Assembly (NCBI GenBank): GCA_035512655.1
Contig: DATKDM010000007.1
Coordinates: 5,215 to 69,214 of the forward strand
Reading direction: 5' to 3'
From: Sphingomicrobium sp.
GTDB taxonomy: Bacteria; Pseudomonadota; Alphaproteobacteria; Sphingomonadales; Sphingomonadaceae
DNA: 64,000 nt
Below, piece by piece: positions 54,323 through 63,517 of this stretch. A program made the translations under genes and the position numbers. The notes beneath the pieces are model-generated. The model saw nothing but the letters and a program-made list of their open reading frames with translations. It was not told the origin of the DNA and made no database searches. Position 1 is the stretch's first letter, and each line of letters opens with the position of its first letter.

Positions 54323-54344
54323 CAATATTGCGCAATAATCGATT
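54323..54344. promoter_or_regulatory. Palindrome cluster (operator candidate) upstream of the ternary conflict system
   Basis: Perfect 12-bp TATTGCGCAATA (54326-54337) overlapped by CAATATTG and AATCGATT, about 25 bp before the ATG at 54365. Confidence 0.45.
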
Positions 54345-54364
54345 GGGACAGCGCACGAAAACGG

Positions 54365-55885
54365 ATGGATCGCAACGGTCGTCTCCACTGCCAGGTACGC
54401 CTGCTTGATGAAACCGGGTCGCCGGTTGGCTGCGGGTTCATCTGCGATGATCGGCAAATGATGACGTGCACTCATGTTGTCGCAAGCTGCGTCACTGGTC
54501 CGGTCGACAATGCCGTCGTGGAATGCCGCTTTCCGGGAACGCCAGACCATCGAGCCAGGCTTCGCGTGACCAAAAGCTTTCCGACGTCCGCTGGCGCAGG
54601 AGATCCGCAGGTTCGGTTGCTTCGCGACATCGCAGTGCTTGAGCTCGAGCCGGGGAGTAGCTTCCCTCCGGACTTTCAACCGGTGAGCAGCAGGCTGACG
54701 TCACTCGATCGGCATATGGAGTTCTTCGGAACGGGCATCATGAAGGGCTATCTGGACGGAATACAGATCGCCGGGCAAACCGGGGAACCTGTCGAGTCCA
54801 ACCGGGTGTTTGTGGCTGGGTTTCATCCCGATCAGTCGGTCCAGCCCGGCTGTTCCGGAGCGGCCATTTTTCATGGCCACGAGGGCTTGCTTGGATTGGT
54901 TGCAGAAGTCCAGCAGACCGCCATGGCGCTGATCATCCCGATCGAAATTTTGCGGAAAGTATTGTCGATCCGCGGCGCCAACCCGGCTTCGTCGACCCCG
55001 TCTGGGGGCGAAGCTATCGCCGGCAAGACGGCGGAACCGCTCAACAAGCGGATGCTTCGCGCCTTCAGTGATTTCGATCGCCACGACCAGTCCGCGGACT
55101 TTCGCGATGCCTTCGACCGTAAGTGGAATCAGAATCGCTCGGTGATGCTTTGCGCGATCGCTGGACTCGACGACGACGTGCCGAGCCATTGCCGGGACAA
55201 GTTCAGACATTACGACCTGAAGGATTTTCTGAGGCGCAATAACATCGCCGCGAGCAAGATCGACGCCTTGGAAATTTCGTGGCCGCTCCACGAGCGAAAG
55301 TTTGACGTCGAACGGGTCCTGAAACGGATGAAAGGCGTGCTGGCGGGGCATCTCCACGCTTCGGGCACCGAACCCGGGCAAATCCGGGAGGCGCTGAACA
55401 CCGACCTTCGGCAGCTGATCTTTTACAGCCAGCTCGATCAACGCACGTTCTATAGCCGTCCAAATCAACGGACCTTGGGGAAAAACCAACTCGATCTGCT
55501 ACAAAAATGGGCGGCGTACTTTAACGCAATTGATGATGAGCCGATCGATCGACCATTGATTCATTTTCTCATTATCAAACTGGATCCGGATGACTTCCAA
55601 GCCACGTCCCAGGAGCCGAACGCGCTGCTTACGGCTTTTTATCGCGACCTTATTGCACGCACCAATCGCAAGATGCCGCCAGACTCGGAAATCGAAAATA
55701 CCTCACTGCTCAACTATTTCGATATTGACTTTATCGATAATTGGATTGGGATGAATTCAGAGATCGTTGGACTGGACGAGCAATTGGCGGACGACGTTCG
55801 CGAAGCCGCGCGCGACACCTTTGCCGACGCCCATTACATTCGATTGAAGGACGTGGGGAATTGGATGAAGTCGCTGCCTGGTTGA
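54365..55885 (+). CDS. Trypsin-like serine peptidase fused to an inactive STAND (iSTAND)-like domain
   Basis: Triad TCTHVV / RDIAVL / PGCSGAA; C-terminal DFDRHDQSADFRDAF...CAIAGLDDD resembles iSTAND; adjacent to MoxR and vWA-like genes. Confidence 0.75.
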   Translation: MDRNGRLHCQVRLLDETGSPVGCGFICDDRQMMTCTHVVASCVTGPVDNAVVECRFPGTPDHRARLRVTKSFPTSAGAGDPQVRLLRDIAVLELEPGSSFPPDFQPVSSRLTSLDRHMEFFGTGIMKGYLDGIQIAGQTGEPVESNRVFVAGFHPDQSVQPGCSGAAIFHGHEGLLGLVAEVQQTAMALIIPIEILRKVLSIRGANPASSTPSGGEAIAGKTAEPLNKRMLRAFSDFDRHDQSADFRDAFDRKWNQNRSVMLCAIAGLDDDVPSHCRDKFRHYDLKDFLRRNNIAASKIDALEISWPLHERKFDVERVLKRMKGVLAGHLHASGTEPGQIREALNTDLRQLIFYSQLDQRTFYSRPNQRTLGKNQLDLLQKWAAYFNAIDDEPIDRPLIHFLIIKLDPDDFQATSQEPNALLTAFYRDLIARTNRKMPPDSEIENTSLLNYFDIDFIDNWIGMNSEIVGLDEQLADDVREAARDTFADAHYIRLKDVGNWMKSLPG

Positions 55886-55909
55886 TCGGCGACAAGTAAA
55901 GGGTTTGCC

Positions 55910-57010
55910 ATGGGGTTTGTAGCAGTCAGTCAAGACAGCCCGTTACGGCTGGTCACACCACTCGCTGAGGGACACAAGGCCGCCGGCTCCTACCGCCCCG
56001 CTCAGGGGCTTCGTGAAGCGTTCGACGTTGCGATGATGCTTGGCGTGCCCTTGCTCATCACCGGTGAGCCGGGCACCGGCAAAACGCGGGCTGCCTATTG
56101 GCTATGCCATGAGCTGGGCTTGCCCGCCCCGCAACCGCTTCGGTTCGACGTCAAATCCGGCTCAAGCGGGCGTGACCTCCTGTACAGCTTCGATGAAGTT
56201 GCCCGCTTCCGGGATGCCGCCGCTAATGAGTCTAAGCCTCTGATCGATTATCTGCAGCTCAACGCGCTCGGCGAAGCGATCGTACGAGCAGCGGGGGGTC
56301 AAGGCATCCTCACCGATATTGCAGGCCGGGAACTTAGTGGTGATCGCTTCGCAAGCGCGGAAAAGCTCATCACGCGCGCTTTTGGCGAGGACCTGGTTGC
56401 GGCCGGCGCGGCGCGTGCAGCATGGCTGGTGCCGGAGGATGCTGCGTTCGTCGAAGCGCTCCCTCAGCACTGCGCGGTGTTGATCGACGAACTCGACAAG
56501 GCGCCCCGCGACACCCCCAACGACCTGCTCGCGGAGATCGAAAACATGGGCTTTGCAATCCCGGAGATGGGAATTGCAATTCGATCCGATCCGAGCTTCC
56601 GGCCGATCGTAATTCTCACAAGCAATTCGGAAAAATCGCTGCCTGAGCCATTTCTGCGCCGCTGCGTTTATTTCGACATCCCGTTCCCGGTGGAAGCTGA
56701 GCTGGCCGAAATCGTTCAATCGGCGATCGCCAGTCTGACCAAAGGCAGCCCCCTGGTTACGAGCGCAATTGCGTTATTCGAGGCGATACGTGCCGACCGC
56801 GAGGTTGGCCGAAAGCCCGGCACGGCCGAATTGCTGGCTTGGATCGACATAATTGTTTCGCGGGAAAAGATCAGCGCGGACGAGAATCTCGCGAACCGGC
56901 TGAAGGATCAGCCCGACCTGCTCAATAATAGCTTGAGCGCGCTGCTCAAAACCCGCGTGGATATCGAGGCCGGCAAGCGCGTGCTCAGGGCGGCAGCGGC
57001 AAAAGGCTAG
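55910..57010 (+). CDS. MoxR-family AAA+ ATPase
   Basis: PLLITGEPGTGKT, DLLYSFDEVARFRD, VLIDELDKAPRDTPNDLL.E, TSNSEKSLPEPFLRRCVYFDIPFP, RKPGTAELLAW. Confidence 0.93.
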   Translation: MGFVAVSQDSPLRLVTPLAEGHKAAGSYRPAQGLREAFDVAMMLGVPLLITGEPGTGKTRAAYWLCHELGLPAPQPLRFDVKSGSSGRDLLYSFDEVARFRDAAANESKPLIDYLQLNALGEAIVRAAGGQGILTDIAGRELSGDRFASAEKLITRAFGEDLVAAGAARAAWLVPEDAAFVEALPQHCAVLIDELDKAPRDTPNDLLAEIENMGFAIPEMGIAIRSDPSFRPIVILTSNSEKSLPEPFLRRCVYFDIPFPVEAELAEIVQSAIASLTKGSPLVTSAIALFEAIRADREVGRKPGTAELLAWIDIIVSREKISADENLANRLKDQPDLLNNSLSALLKTRVDIEAGKRVLRAAAAKG

Positions 57011-57015
57011 CAACC

Positions 57016-59646
57016 GTGGCATCCGCGGCCATCGACGAAATCGATTATTTCGATCTTTCGGCAAGCGCTGCGCGACGACTGAAAGTCAGCCCTGCGAGCC
57101 TGATCCGCTTCGAAGCGATTCGCCTTCAGCTCGCGGCGCACGGCATTCGCAAGAGCGACCAGCGCATTCCGCTCTGGATTGCTCCGATGTTCTGCACGAC
57201 GCCGGAAGCGCGCCGGCTTTTCTTCGAAAGCTTCCCCAAAGAGCCGCCGAAGGTCGGACAATTGCCAAAGGACCGCAAGCGCAGCGCCGCCGCGGATCGC
57301 CGGGCCAAGCGCAGGCTCCGCACTCGACCTCGCGTCGGATGGCGAAAAACGCTGCTGGGGGCGATTCTGATTCTGGCTATTGCCGCTTTTGTCGCGCTTG
57401 TCGTCATACCTCAGTTCCGGGCCGAACCAGAGTTCGCCAACCAATCGACCGACCTGACCAACACAACTTCCCCGCCACCCGGTTCGAATTCACCGCCGCC
57501 AACAGAAGAGCCGCCGCGAGGGCCCACTTTACGAACCTGGCTGGCGCTGGGCCTGCCGGCATTGCTGGCCAGCGCTTACGTCATTTGGTTGCGCCGCCGC
57601 CGGCGCATCATCAGGCGCGACCACGCCCCCGCACCCGAACGATCGGTCAGGCTCGCCTTCGCGACCGGCCTCGAAAATTTCCTGGCGGAGCGCTCGCTTC
57701 GCAAGGCGATGGGCAACCTTCGCCGCCATCGCCCGGTCATCTCGTCCAAGCTCAATGTCCCCGCCGCGATCCGCGCCACCATCCGGTCGGCCGGCTTCCC
57801 GCAAATGCGCTACGGATTCCGTCCGCGCAGCCCCGAATATCTCGTGCTCAACGAAAGAGAGTCACCCACCGATCATCTTGCTGTGATCGGCCATGTAATG
57901 GCGAGGCGCATGACCGAGGAGCATGTTGCCCATAGCCGGTACGAATATTTCGGCGACCCGCGCCGGCTCCAGCGGATCGAACGTGGCTCGCCGGCTGGAG
58001 TTTTCCCGCTTTCGACCGAGCTCGCGCGGCATGACGGCGCTCGAGTGATGCTCTTGCAGGAAAGCCATGATTGCTTTGCCGAAGACAACAGCCCCGAGTG
58101 GCTGGCGCGCATCGCGGAAACCGAACGGCCGGTGCTGCTCAACCCCCGGTCGCCGGATGCCTGGGGATCGGCGGAAACCCGCCTGACTTCGCTTGGATTT
58201 GGGATCTTTTCGCCGAACGGCCGCGGAATCGCGGATTATGGCGATTATCTCAACACGACCGGAAACGTGCGGCGCCGGCTCGCCCGAAGCAATGCGACGC
58301 GCTTCGATCTTCCGGAGAGCTTGGCTCGCGACCGGAATTTGCTGCTCGACAACGAACCGCCGCTCGACTCGCTGATCGGCGAGCTGGTCACGGATCTCGA
58401 CCTTTGGCTCGACGAAGGCGGCGGCTACTGGCTGCGCGGCCTGGCGCTATTCCCCTATATCGATCCGGGGTTCACGGTCTTCCTCGGCAAGGCGCTGGTC
58501 GATGGCGACGGTCGGCCGCTGTTGGAGGAAGCCCGCTTCTTCGATCTTGCCCGTTTGCCCTGGCTTCGCGCCGGCCGGATGCCCGATTGGTTGCGCCGTG
58601 CATTGGTGCGAGGCCTCACGCCGGCGCAGCTCGAGGCGGCGACCGACGCCATCCAGGCCTTTCTCATGCCCGCGGACCAGCCCGAAGGCGAGGCCAAGAT
58701 CGACTTTTCGCGCGGCAAGGATCCGCGGCTGCGCAAGCGGCTTCTCGACTGGCTCAAGCTGACGCCGGAAAGCCTGCTGAGCGATCAACTGCTTATCGAG
58801 GCGCTGGGGGGCCGAGCGGCCGAGGAGCTCGGCCTCGAAGCGCCCAAAACGCTCCTGCGCCATTCGCGAAGCCTGTGGGCGAGCAACGAGGCACGTGCCG
58901 TGGCCATCGCCGCCGCGGCGACTATCGTCATCGGCGCATGGCAATGGCCCACGCTTTTCCCTGAACCCACGACGGCTCAAGCTACGACCGAAACGCGTAC
59001 TCCCACTCAAGGGGAAGTCGCTCCCTTCGAGCCTTTGTTTCCTGAAGAGGAGAAGGAACCGATTTTGGACGCCGCTGGCCGTGCGTTGGATGAAGCGGGC
59101 AACACGAGTGACGCCGGCAACGCGAATGCTGACGCCAATGCGTCAAATCTAGCGGGCAGCGCGAACGACGCCAAGGATAACACGAACGCAGCTAAAGATG
59201 CACTTGAAGCGGCCGCCGACGCCGTTGAACGGGCGGCCGAAGCGGCGACGACGTCTGAAACGGAGATCCTAGCTGGCCCGTTTGTATTATTCTTGGACGC
59301 CGACACGACGGTCATCACGCCCGATACCGAAGCAGCGCTCCGGAGAATAGCTGATGCATATAAGAATGAAGTTGGGTCACGGGGGAATATCGAGCCTGGC
59401 CTTGTTCAGATCATAGTCCGAATTTACTCCAATCCATCAGATGGTGCCTTGGGGAGACGTCTCGGGCGGTCGATTGAGGATTGGCTTACGGGACGTGGGA
59501 TACCGCCAAGCGAAATTGTAGTTCAGTCCGTTGGCGGAACAGTTCCGACTAAGGCCAGCATGGTAACGGCGAGCGCAGTGCAAAGGACCCTTCGGGTAGA
59601 AATCTCACTCGTCGCAAACTACGGAAAAGCTCCAACCGCAAACTGA
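57016..59646 (+). CDS. Membrane-spanning vWA-like component of a MoxR ternary system, with C-terminal OmpA-like domain
   Basis: WIAPMFCTTPE..RLFF; LNVPAAIRATIRSAGFP...PEYLVLNERES..DH...YFGDP; three hydrophobic helices; C-terminal LF.D..T...ALRRIA...DWL.GRGIP.SEI...G...P...RVEI. Confidence 0.75.
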   Translation: MASAAIDEIDYFDLSASAARRLKVSPASLIRFEAIRLQLAAHGIRKSDQRIPLWIAPMFCTTPEARRLFFESFPKEPPKVGQLPKDRKRSAAADRRAKRRLRTRPRVGWRKTLLGAILILAIAAFVALVVIPQFRAEPEFANQSTDLTNTTSPPPGSNSPPPTEEPPRGPTLRTWLALGLPALLASAYVIWLRRRRRIIRRDHAPAPERSVRLAFATGLENFLAERSLRKAMGNLRRHRPVISSKLNVPAAIRATIRSAGFPQMRYGFRPRSPEYLVLNERESPTDHLAVIGHVMARRMTEEHVAHSRYEYFGDPRRLQRIERGSPAGVFPLSTELARHDGARVMLLQESHDCFAEDNSPEWLARIAETERPVLLNPRSPDAWGSAETRLTSLGFGIFSPNGRGIADYGDYLNTTGNVRRRLARSNATRFDLPESLARDRNLLLDNEPPLDSLIGELVTDLDLWLDEGGGYWLRGLALFPYIDPGFTVFLGKALVDGDGRPLLEEARFFDLARLPWLRAGRMPDWLRRALVRGLTPAQLEAATDAIQAFLMPADQPEGEAKIDFSRGKDPRLRKRLLDWLKLTPESLLSDQLLIEALGGRAAEELGLEAPKTLLRHSRSLWASNEARAVAIAAAATIVIGAWQWPTLFPEPTTAQATTETRTPTQGEVAPFEPLFPEEEKEPILDAAGRALDEAGNTSDAGNANADANASNLAGSANDAKDNTNAAKDALEAAADAVERAAEAATTSETEILAGPFVLFLDADTTVITPDTEAALRRIADAYKNEVGSRGNIEPGLVQIIVRIYSNPSDGALGRRLGRSIEDWLTGRGIPPSEIVVQSVGGTVPTKASMVTASAVQRTLRVEISLVANYGKAPTAN

Positions 59647-59654
59647 CCCAGCCC

Positions 59655-60542
59655 CTAGACCCCGCACGCCTTTCCAATTGCGGTGGCGATGCGCTTGTCG
59701 GCGAGATAGCCCCCAATGGAGTGCGGATCGTCGAGGTCGTTTTCGACATCGAGCAGGTTTTCGATCCCGTCGGCAAAGGTCGCTTTGTCGAGCCCCTTTC
59801 CCAGGGTGATGAAGTCGTCGGGATCGCCGGCGTTGATCCAGCGCTCGACGCCCGGCGGCCTGGAAAACTCCGGACCGAGCGCCGCCTGCACGGCCATTAG
59901 CGGCAGCGGCGAGCCGACCGTGACGTAAAGCGGAACCGTCACCGGGTTTCCCTCCGAGGCCATCTGCCGAAGCAGCTTGAACGTCACCACGGTGCCGAGT
60001 GAGTGCGCGACGATGATGCTCGGCCCCTGCTCGAGCGCCGGCCCGACGATTGCATCGACAGCCCTCGCCGCTCCCGGTTTCTTCAAATAGGAATGCGCCT
60101 GCTTGAGGATGCGCATCACCAGTTTGCCGTGAAGCGGAGACACACGCTCGAGCAGTCGAACGATGGCGTTGAACCGGCGGTTCATGATCAACCCCTGCTC
60201 GTGGGCGAGGTCGCCGGACTGACGCGCGATCGCGCGTTGCTCGGCCGCGATCGCGGCCGGTCCGATGCCCGCCTCGCTCGCCGTTTCCATCAGCGCGCTG
60301 GCAAGAAACGCCGCTTCATCGGCATCGGGTTTCCCGTCAGGACCCTGCGACACGGCGACGACATCGCTGGTGTCGGACAGGCGCTTGAGCTCATCGCCGT
60401 AGAAAGGCACGTCGATCTCGAGCTGGTCGAGCGCGCCGGCTTTCCCCAGGCCACGGCAAATGTGGCAAACCCAGTCCTTGCGAAGCAATTCCTCGCTCTT
60501 GCCTTGCTGATTGATGCCGTGAACGAGAACCAGCCGGGTCAT
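59655..60542 (-). CDS. Alpha/beta hydrolase (lipase/esterase-like)
   Basis: LVLVHGINQ oxyanion motif, AHSLG nucleophile, TVGSPL, DPDDFIT, HSIGGYL. Confidence 0.85.
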   Translation of the reverse strand: MTRLVLVHGINQQGKSEELLRKDWVCHICRGLGKAGALDQLEIDVPFYGDELKRLSDTSDVVAVSQGPDGKPDADEAAFLASALMETASEAGIGPAAIAAEQRAIARQSGDLAHEQGLIMNRRFNAIVRLLERVSPLHGKLVMRILKQAHSYLKKPGAARAVDAIVGPALEQGPSIIVAHSLGTVVTFKLLRQMASEGNPVTVPLYVTVGSPLPLMAVQAALGPEFSRPPGVERWINAGDPDDFITLGKGLDKATFADGIENLLDVENDLDDPHSIGGYLADKRIATAIGKACGV

Positions 60543-62545
60543 CGATCGTCTCCGAAGATCAGATCGCCGAGGAGCGTCCCGCCCTCGGGCGTGAGAGTTG
60601 TAAACGGCGCGGAAGTGAGATGCTGGCGGATGGTGGCCAGACCTTCCGGCATAAGCTGCGGCTCGCCGTCATCGACCAGCTGCCAGCCCTGCCTCAGCCA
60701 TGGGAAGGTGCCCGCCACGACGCCCTCGACGGCGGGAGTGGCATCATACGCCCATTGGCTGTTCGCTTCGCTTTCGGTCCGTGGTGCACGCTTGGCCACG
60801 GCTGGAATACTCGCCACCACCACGCCGTTGCCACGCTCGGCCTTGATGCGGGCAAGCATCGCCACATCGAAGGGTATCGGCTGGTTTGCATTCGCAAAGA
60901 AATAGGCAATCTGGCGGATGCTTTCGACGTCCCCCTGCGAGTCATAGAGGTAGGCGGCCAGTGCGCCCAACATCGGATCCTGATGCTTCCCGTCTCGAAG
61001 CTCTAGCGCATAATCATAGGCCTCACCGCCTCGAAACATGCCGGCGCGGAGGTTAGCGACCGCCTCTTCCGCTTTCGCCTCGGCGCCCGCCATTCCGATT
61101 GGCCGATAAATGACGCTGACCGCTCCCGTCTCATCGATAGTGAATGTCTGAATGAACTTCGGAATCGCAGTCGTACCGAGCCAGCGACCGTCATCCAGCT
61201 CGACCAGCATGGGCAGCGGTCTTTGGAGTTCGAACTTGTGCGGGTCTCGAATCCGCCACCACTCCGGACTATCATCGTCACGCTCGACGATCTCCGGCTG
61301 ACCGATCAAGCCGCGAACGGCCTTCGCACCGGTTAGGCTGAACCCCGATCCGGTTTCAAAATGGGTCGGCCAATTTTCCGCACGGTAGGAATCGAGGAAG
61401 CCGCGCGCCTTCTCGTCACAGATGGATGCCTCGCGCTCGATCCGGGTGCGCTCTTCCTCGGGCGTTTCGGGTGGCGGCGACTCGGGGGGCGGAGGAGTCG
61501 GCGCCCGGGGAGCGATGCTTGCCGGCATACGCGGCCGTGCCCTGGTTGACGATTCCACACCGGGAACCCAATTGCTTACGCTCCCCGCAAACCCCAGATC
61601 GTTCAAAATAATGGCACCGGGAGTCGGCGCCGTCGCTGGCGCCGCATCCGGTGGCGCGGCTTTGGCTGCCTGCCCCACGGTCGACCAGCCGCGCTTGCCG
61701 CCGGCAGGCGCGCCGCCGTCGGGACCCATGGCTCCTGGCGGAGCAGGCGCGGGCCAGGCTTTTGGCGCCGGAGCCCCGGCGAGCGGCTCGGTGACGTAAA
61801 CGTCATCCGGATCGAGGAAGCCCGAAATGATGTCGGGGCGCAGCTCGACCTTGTAGAATGCGGCCTTGACCGGAACCTCGCTACGAAGATATTTGGCGAG
61901 GCTGCCGCTGGTGATGCGGCGCTGGTTACCAACCATGTGATCCGAAAATGCCGAAGGCTTATGGCCCCACAGCGCTTCCTCGATGACGCCGGTGAAAATG
62001 CAGCGGTCGTCATCCAGAGTGGCGCCCGGTATCATGTATGCAGCGCGGAACTTTGACGATGCCTTGAGCATGTCGATCAAAGGCAAATTTGGATCGTACG
62101 GCCCGCGTCCAAGGACGTTGTCTGACGTCAGGTCGGCCGTATCGGCATCCGCCGGCAGGGATCGGCAAGCATCGGAAATGATTGCGATTTGCTCGATTCC
62201 GAAGCGCTCGAGCTTGCGCTTCAGGCCACCGACGGCGACAGCCTCCTGCTCTTCGTGCCATTGCGACAGCAGCCACAAGTCTTCGGCTGCGTCGCGCGCC
62301 AGGCCGTGGCCGGCGAAATAGAGGATCAGCCTGTCGGTCTTGGTTCCTTGAGGCAGGAGTTTTTGCATTGCCTTTTTGACATCCTCAACGCCGACCGGCT
62401 TCTTGGAGTCGATCAGCAATTTGGTCTCGTACCCGGCCTTTTTGGCCCAGGCGTCCATCGCCTTGGCGCCGTTCACCGCACCCGGCAGATAATCGAGCGG
62501 CGGAGCGTCCGAAATACCGATTGCCAGACATGCCTTGCGTCCCAT
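60539..62545 (-). CDS. Caspase-family (peptidase C14, metacaspase-like) protein with Pro/Ala linker and unknown C-terminal domain
   Basis: LAIGIS...LPGAVNGA..M..W, LILYFAGHG (His), IISDACRS (Cys). Confidence 0.88.
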   Translation of the reverse strand: MGRKACLAIGISDAPPLDYLPGAVNGAKAMDAWAKKAGYETKLLIDSKKPVGVEDVKKAMQKLLPQGTKTDRLILYFAGHGLARDAAEDLWLLSQWHEEQEAVAVGGLKRKLERFGIEQIAIISDACRSLPADADTADLTSDNVLGRGPYDPNLPLIDMLKASSKFRAAYMIPGATLDDDRCIFTGVIEEALWGHKPSAFSDHMVGNQRRITSGSLAKYLRSEVPVKAAFYKVELRPDIISGFLDPDDVYVTEPLAGAPAPKAWPAPAPPGAMGPDGGAPAGGKRGWSTVGQAAKAAPPDAAPATAPTPGAIILNDLGFAGSVSNWVPGVESSTRARPRMPASIAPRAPTPPPPESPPPETPEEERTRIEREASICDEKARGFLDSYRAENWPTHFETGSGFSLTGAKAVRGLIGQPEIVERDDDSPEWWRIRDPHKFELQRPLPMLVELDDGRWLGTTAIPKFIQTFTIDETGAVSVIYRPIGMAGAEAKAEEAVANLRAGMFRGGEAYDYALELRDGKHQDPMLGALAAYLYDSQGDVESIRQIAYFFANANQPIPFDVAMLARIKAERGNGVVVASIPAVAKRAPRTESEANSQWAYDATPAVEGVVAGTFPWLRQGWQLVDDGEPQLMPEGLATIRQHLTSAPFTTLTPEGGTLLGDLIFGDDR

Positions 62546-62729
62546 GACGTCTCACTCCCCTATACCGAGACTTTGGTTTTAGGGCTTGGCTCCAAGCGAA
62601 AGTTTCAATCGCAACACGCGATGATCGGCCCGGCTATGCTGCGACTTTCCGGCGCTCTTGACAACCTGCCGCCGGAAGGGCTTCCTTTGACTCTGCTCGG
62701 CTCTTTCGCATCCACCTCGGGAGGTGCTC

Positions 62730-63503
62730 ATGAGCGTTAATCTTCAACAGGCGCGCAGCTACATCGCAGATGTGGATTTGCCGCCGCGGCCCTCGTCGGG
62801 TGCCATTCCGCAAGACGCAACGCCCAGCGCGCCGGTCTTCGACACCGTCAAGGAGCAGGCCGCCGTGGTCGGTTCCGAAGTCGTTTCGTTCATGGCTGGA
62901 GTCGATGCTGAAACGCGCGCGGCGATCTCCAATTGCGCGCTCCTCGCGCAGCTGGCGGCGAGCAAAAAGGTCGCTGACAAGGAGGATATCTACGCTTGGT
63001 ACGAAGCCTATTTCGACGTGCTGAAGGCGCTCGGCTGGGTGGTCCAGGACGGCGGTTTTGCTGAGTTCTCGGAGAGCAGCCAAGGCTTCGAAGTCCATGA
63101 GAAGATCATGGATGTCGCCGCAGTGCTGCTTGGTCCGGGAGCCGCGGCGTTGGCGGTCATCAAGACCACGCTGGACGCATTGAAGGCGATGAAATCCGAC
63201 AATGGCTGGCTGACCATTTTCCAACGTGAGAGCCAACATGCGAAAGCGGCGCGATTCCAGATCTCGCTGGTTCAACAGAGTAATACTGGCGACGTGATGG
63301 TCAGCATGATGGCGTTTGGAATCGAGGCCAGCAAGACGGTGACCCAGGTGCTGTTCTTCAAAATCAAAAAGAACAAGGCCAAGCTTCGGCACAATTCGGC
63401 CAAGCTTAGCATCGACTCAGCCTCGCTAGTCGATTTGGCGCCGGATATTCGCGACAGGGTCCGCGTTTACCAGCGCGCCTACGTCGCCAGCCTGGAGATC
63501 TGA
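62730..63503 (+). CDS. Evf-like / Cyt-fold putative membrane-active protein
   Basis: VGSEVVSF...SNCALLAQLAASKK...WYEAYFDVLKALGW...FQISL...AF......QVLFF matches my recollection of Evf-family proteins; GGGAGG RBS. Confidence 0.55.
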   Translation: MSVNLQQARSYIADVDLPPRPSSGAIPQDATPSAPVFDTVKEQAAVVGSEVVSFMAGVDAETRAAISNCALLAQLAASKKVADKEDIYAWYEAYFDVLKALGWVVQDGGFAEFSESSQGFEVHEKIMDVAAVLLGPGAAALAVIKTTLDALKAMKSDNGWLTIFQRESQHAKAARFQISLVQQSNTGDVMVSMMAFGIEASKTVTQVLFFKIKKNKAKLRHNSAKLSIDSASLVDLAPDIRDRVRVYQRAYVASLEI

Positions 63504-63517
63504 GGCCGCGAACGACC

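Noticed and set aside
59080-59260. Ala/Asn/Asp-rich stretch as a separate repeat element or insertion
   Set aside because: It is an in-frame low-complexity periplasmic linker with no discrete DNA repeat unit.
62730-63503. Calling the protein next to the caspase a bacterial gasdermin
   Set aside because: It lacks recognisable gasdermin features (N-terminal Cys, short C-terminal inhibitory peptide, long beta-hairpins); the motifs fit Evf/Cyt-like proteins better.
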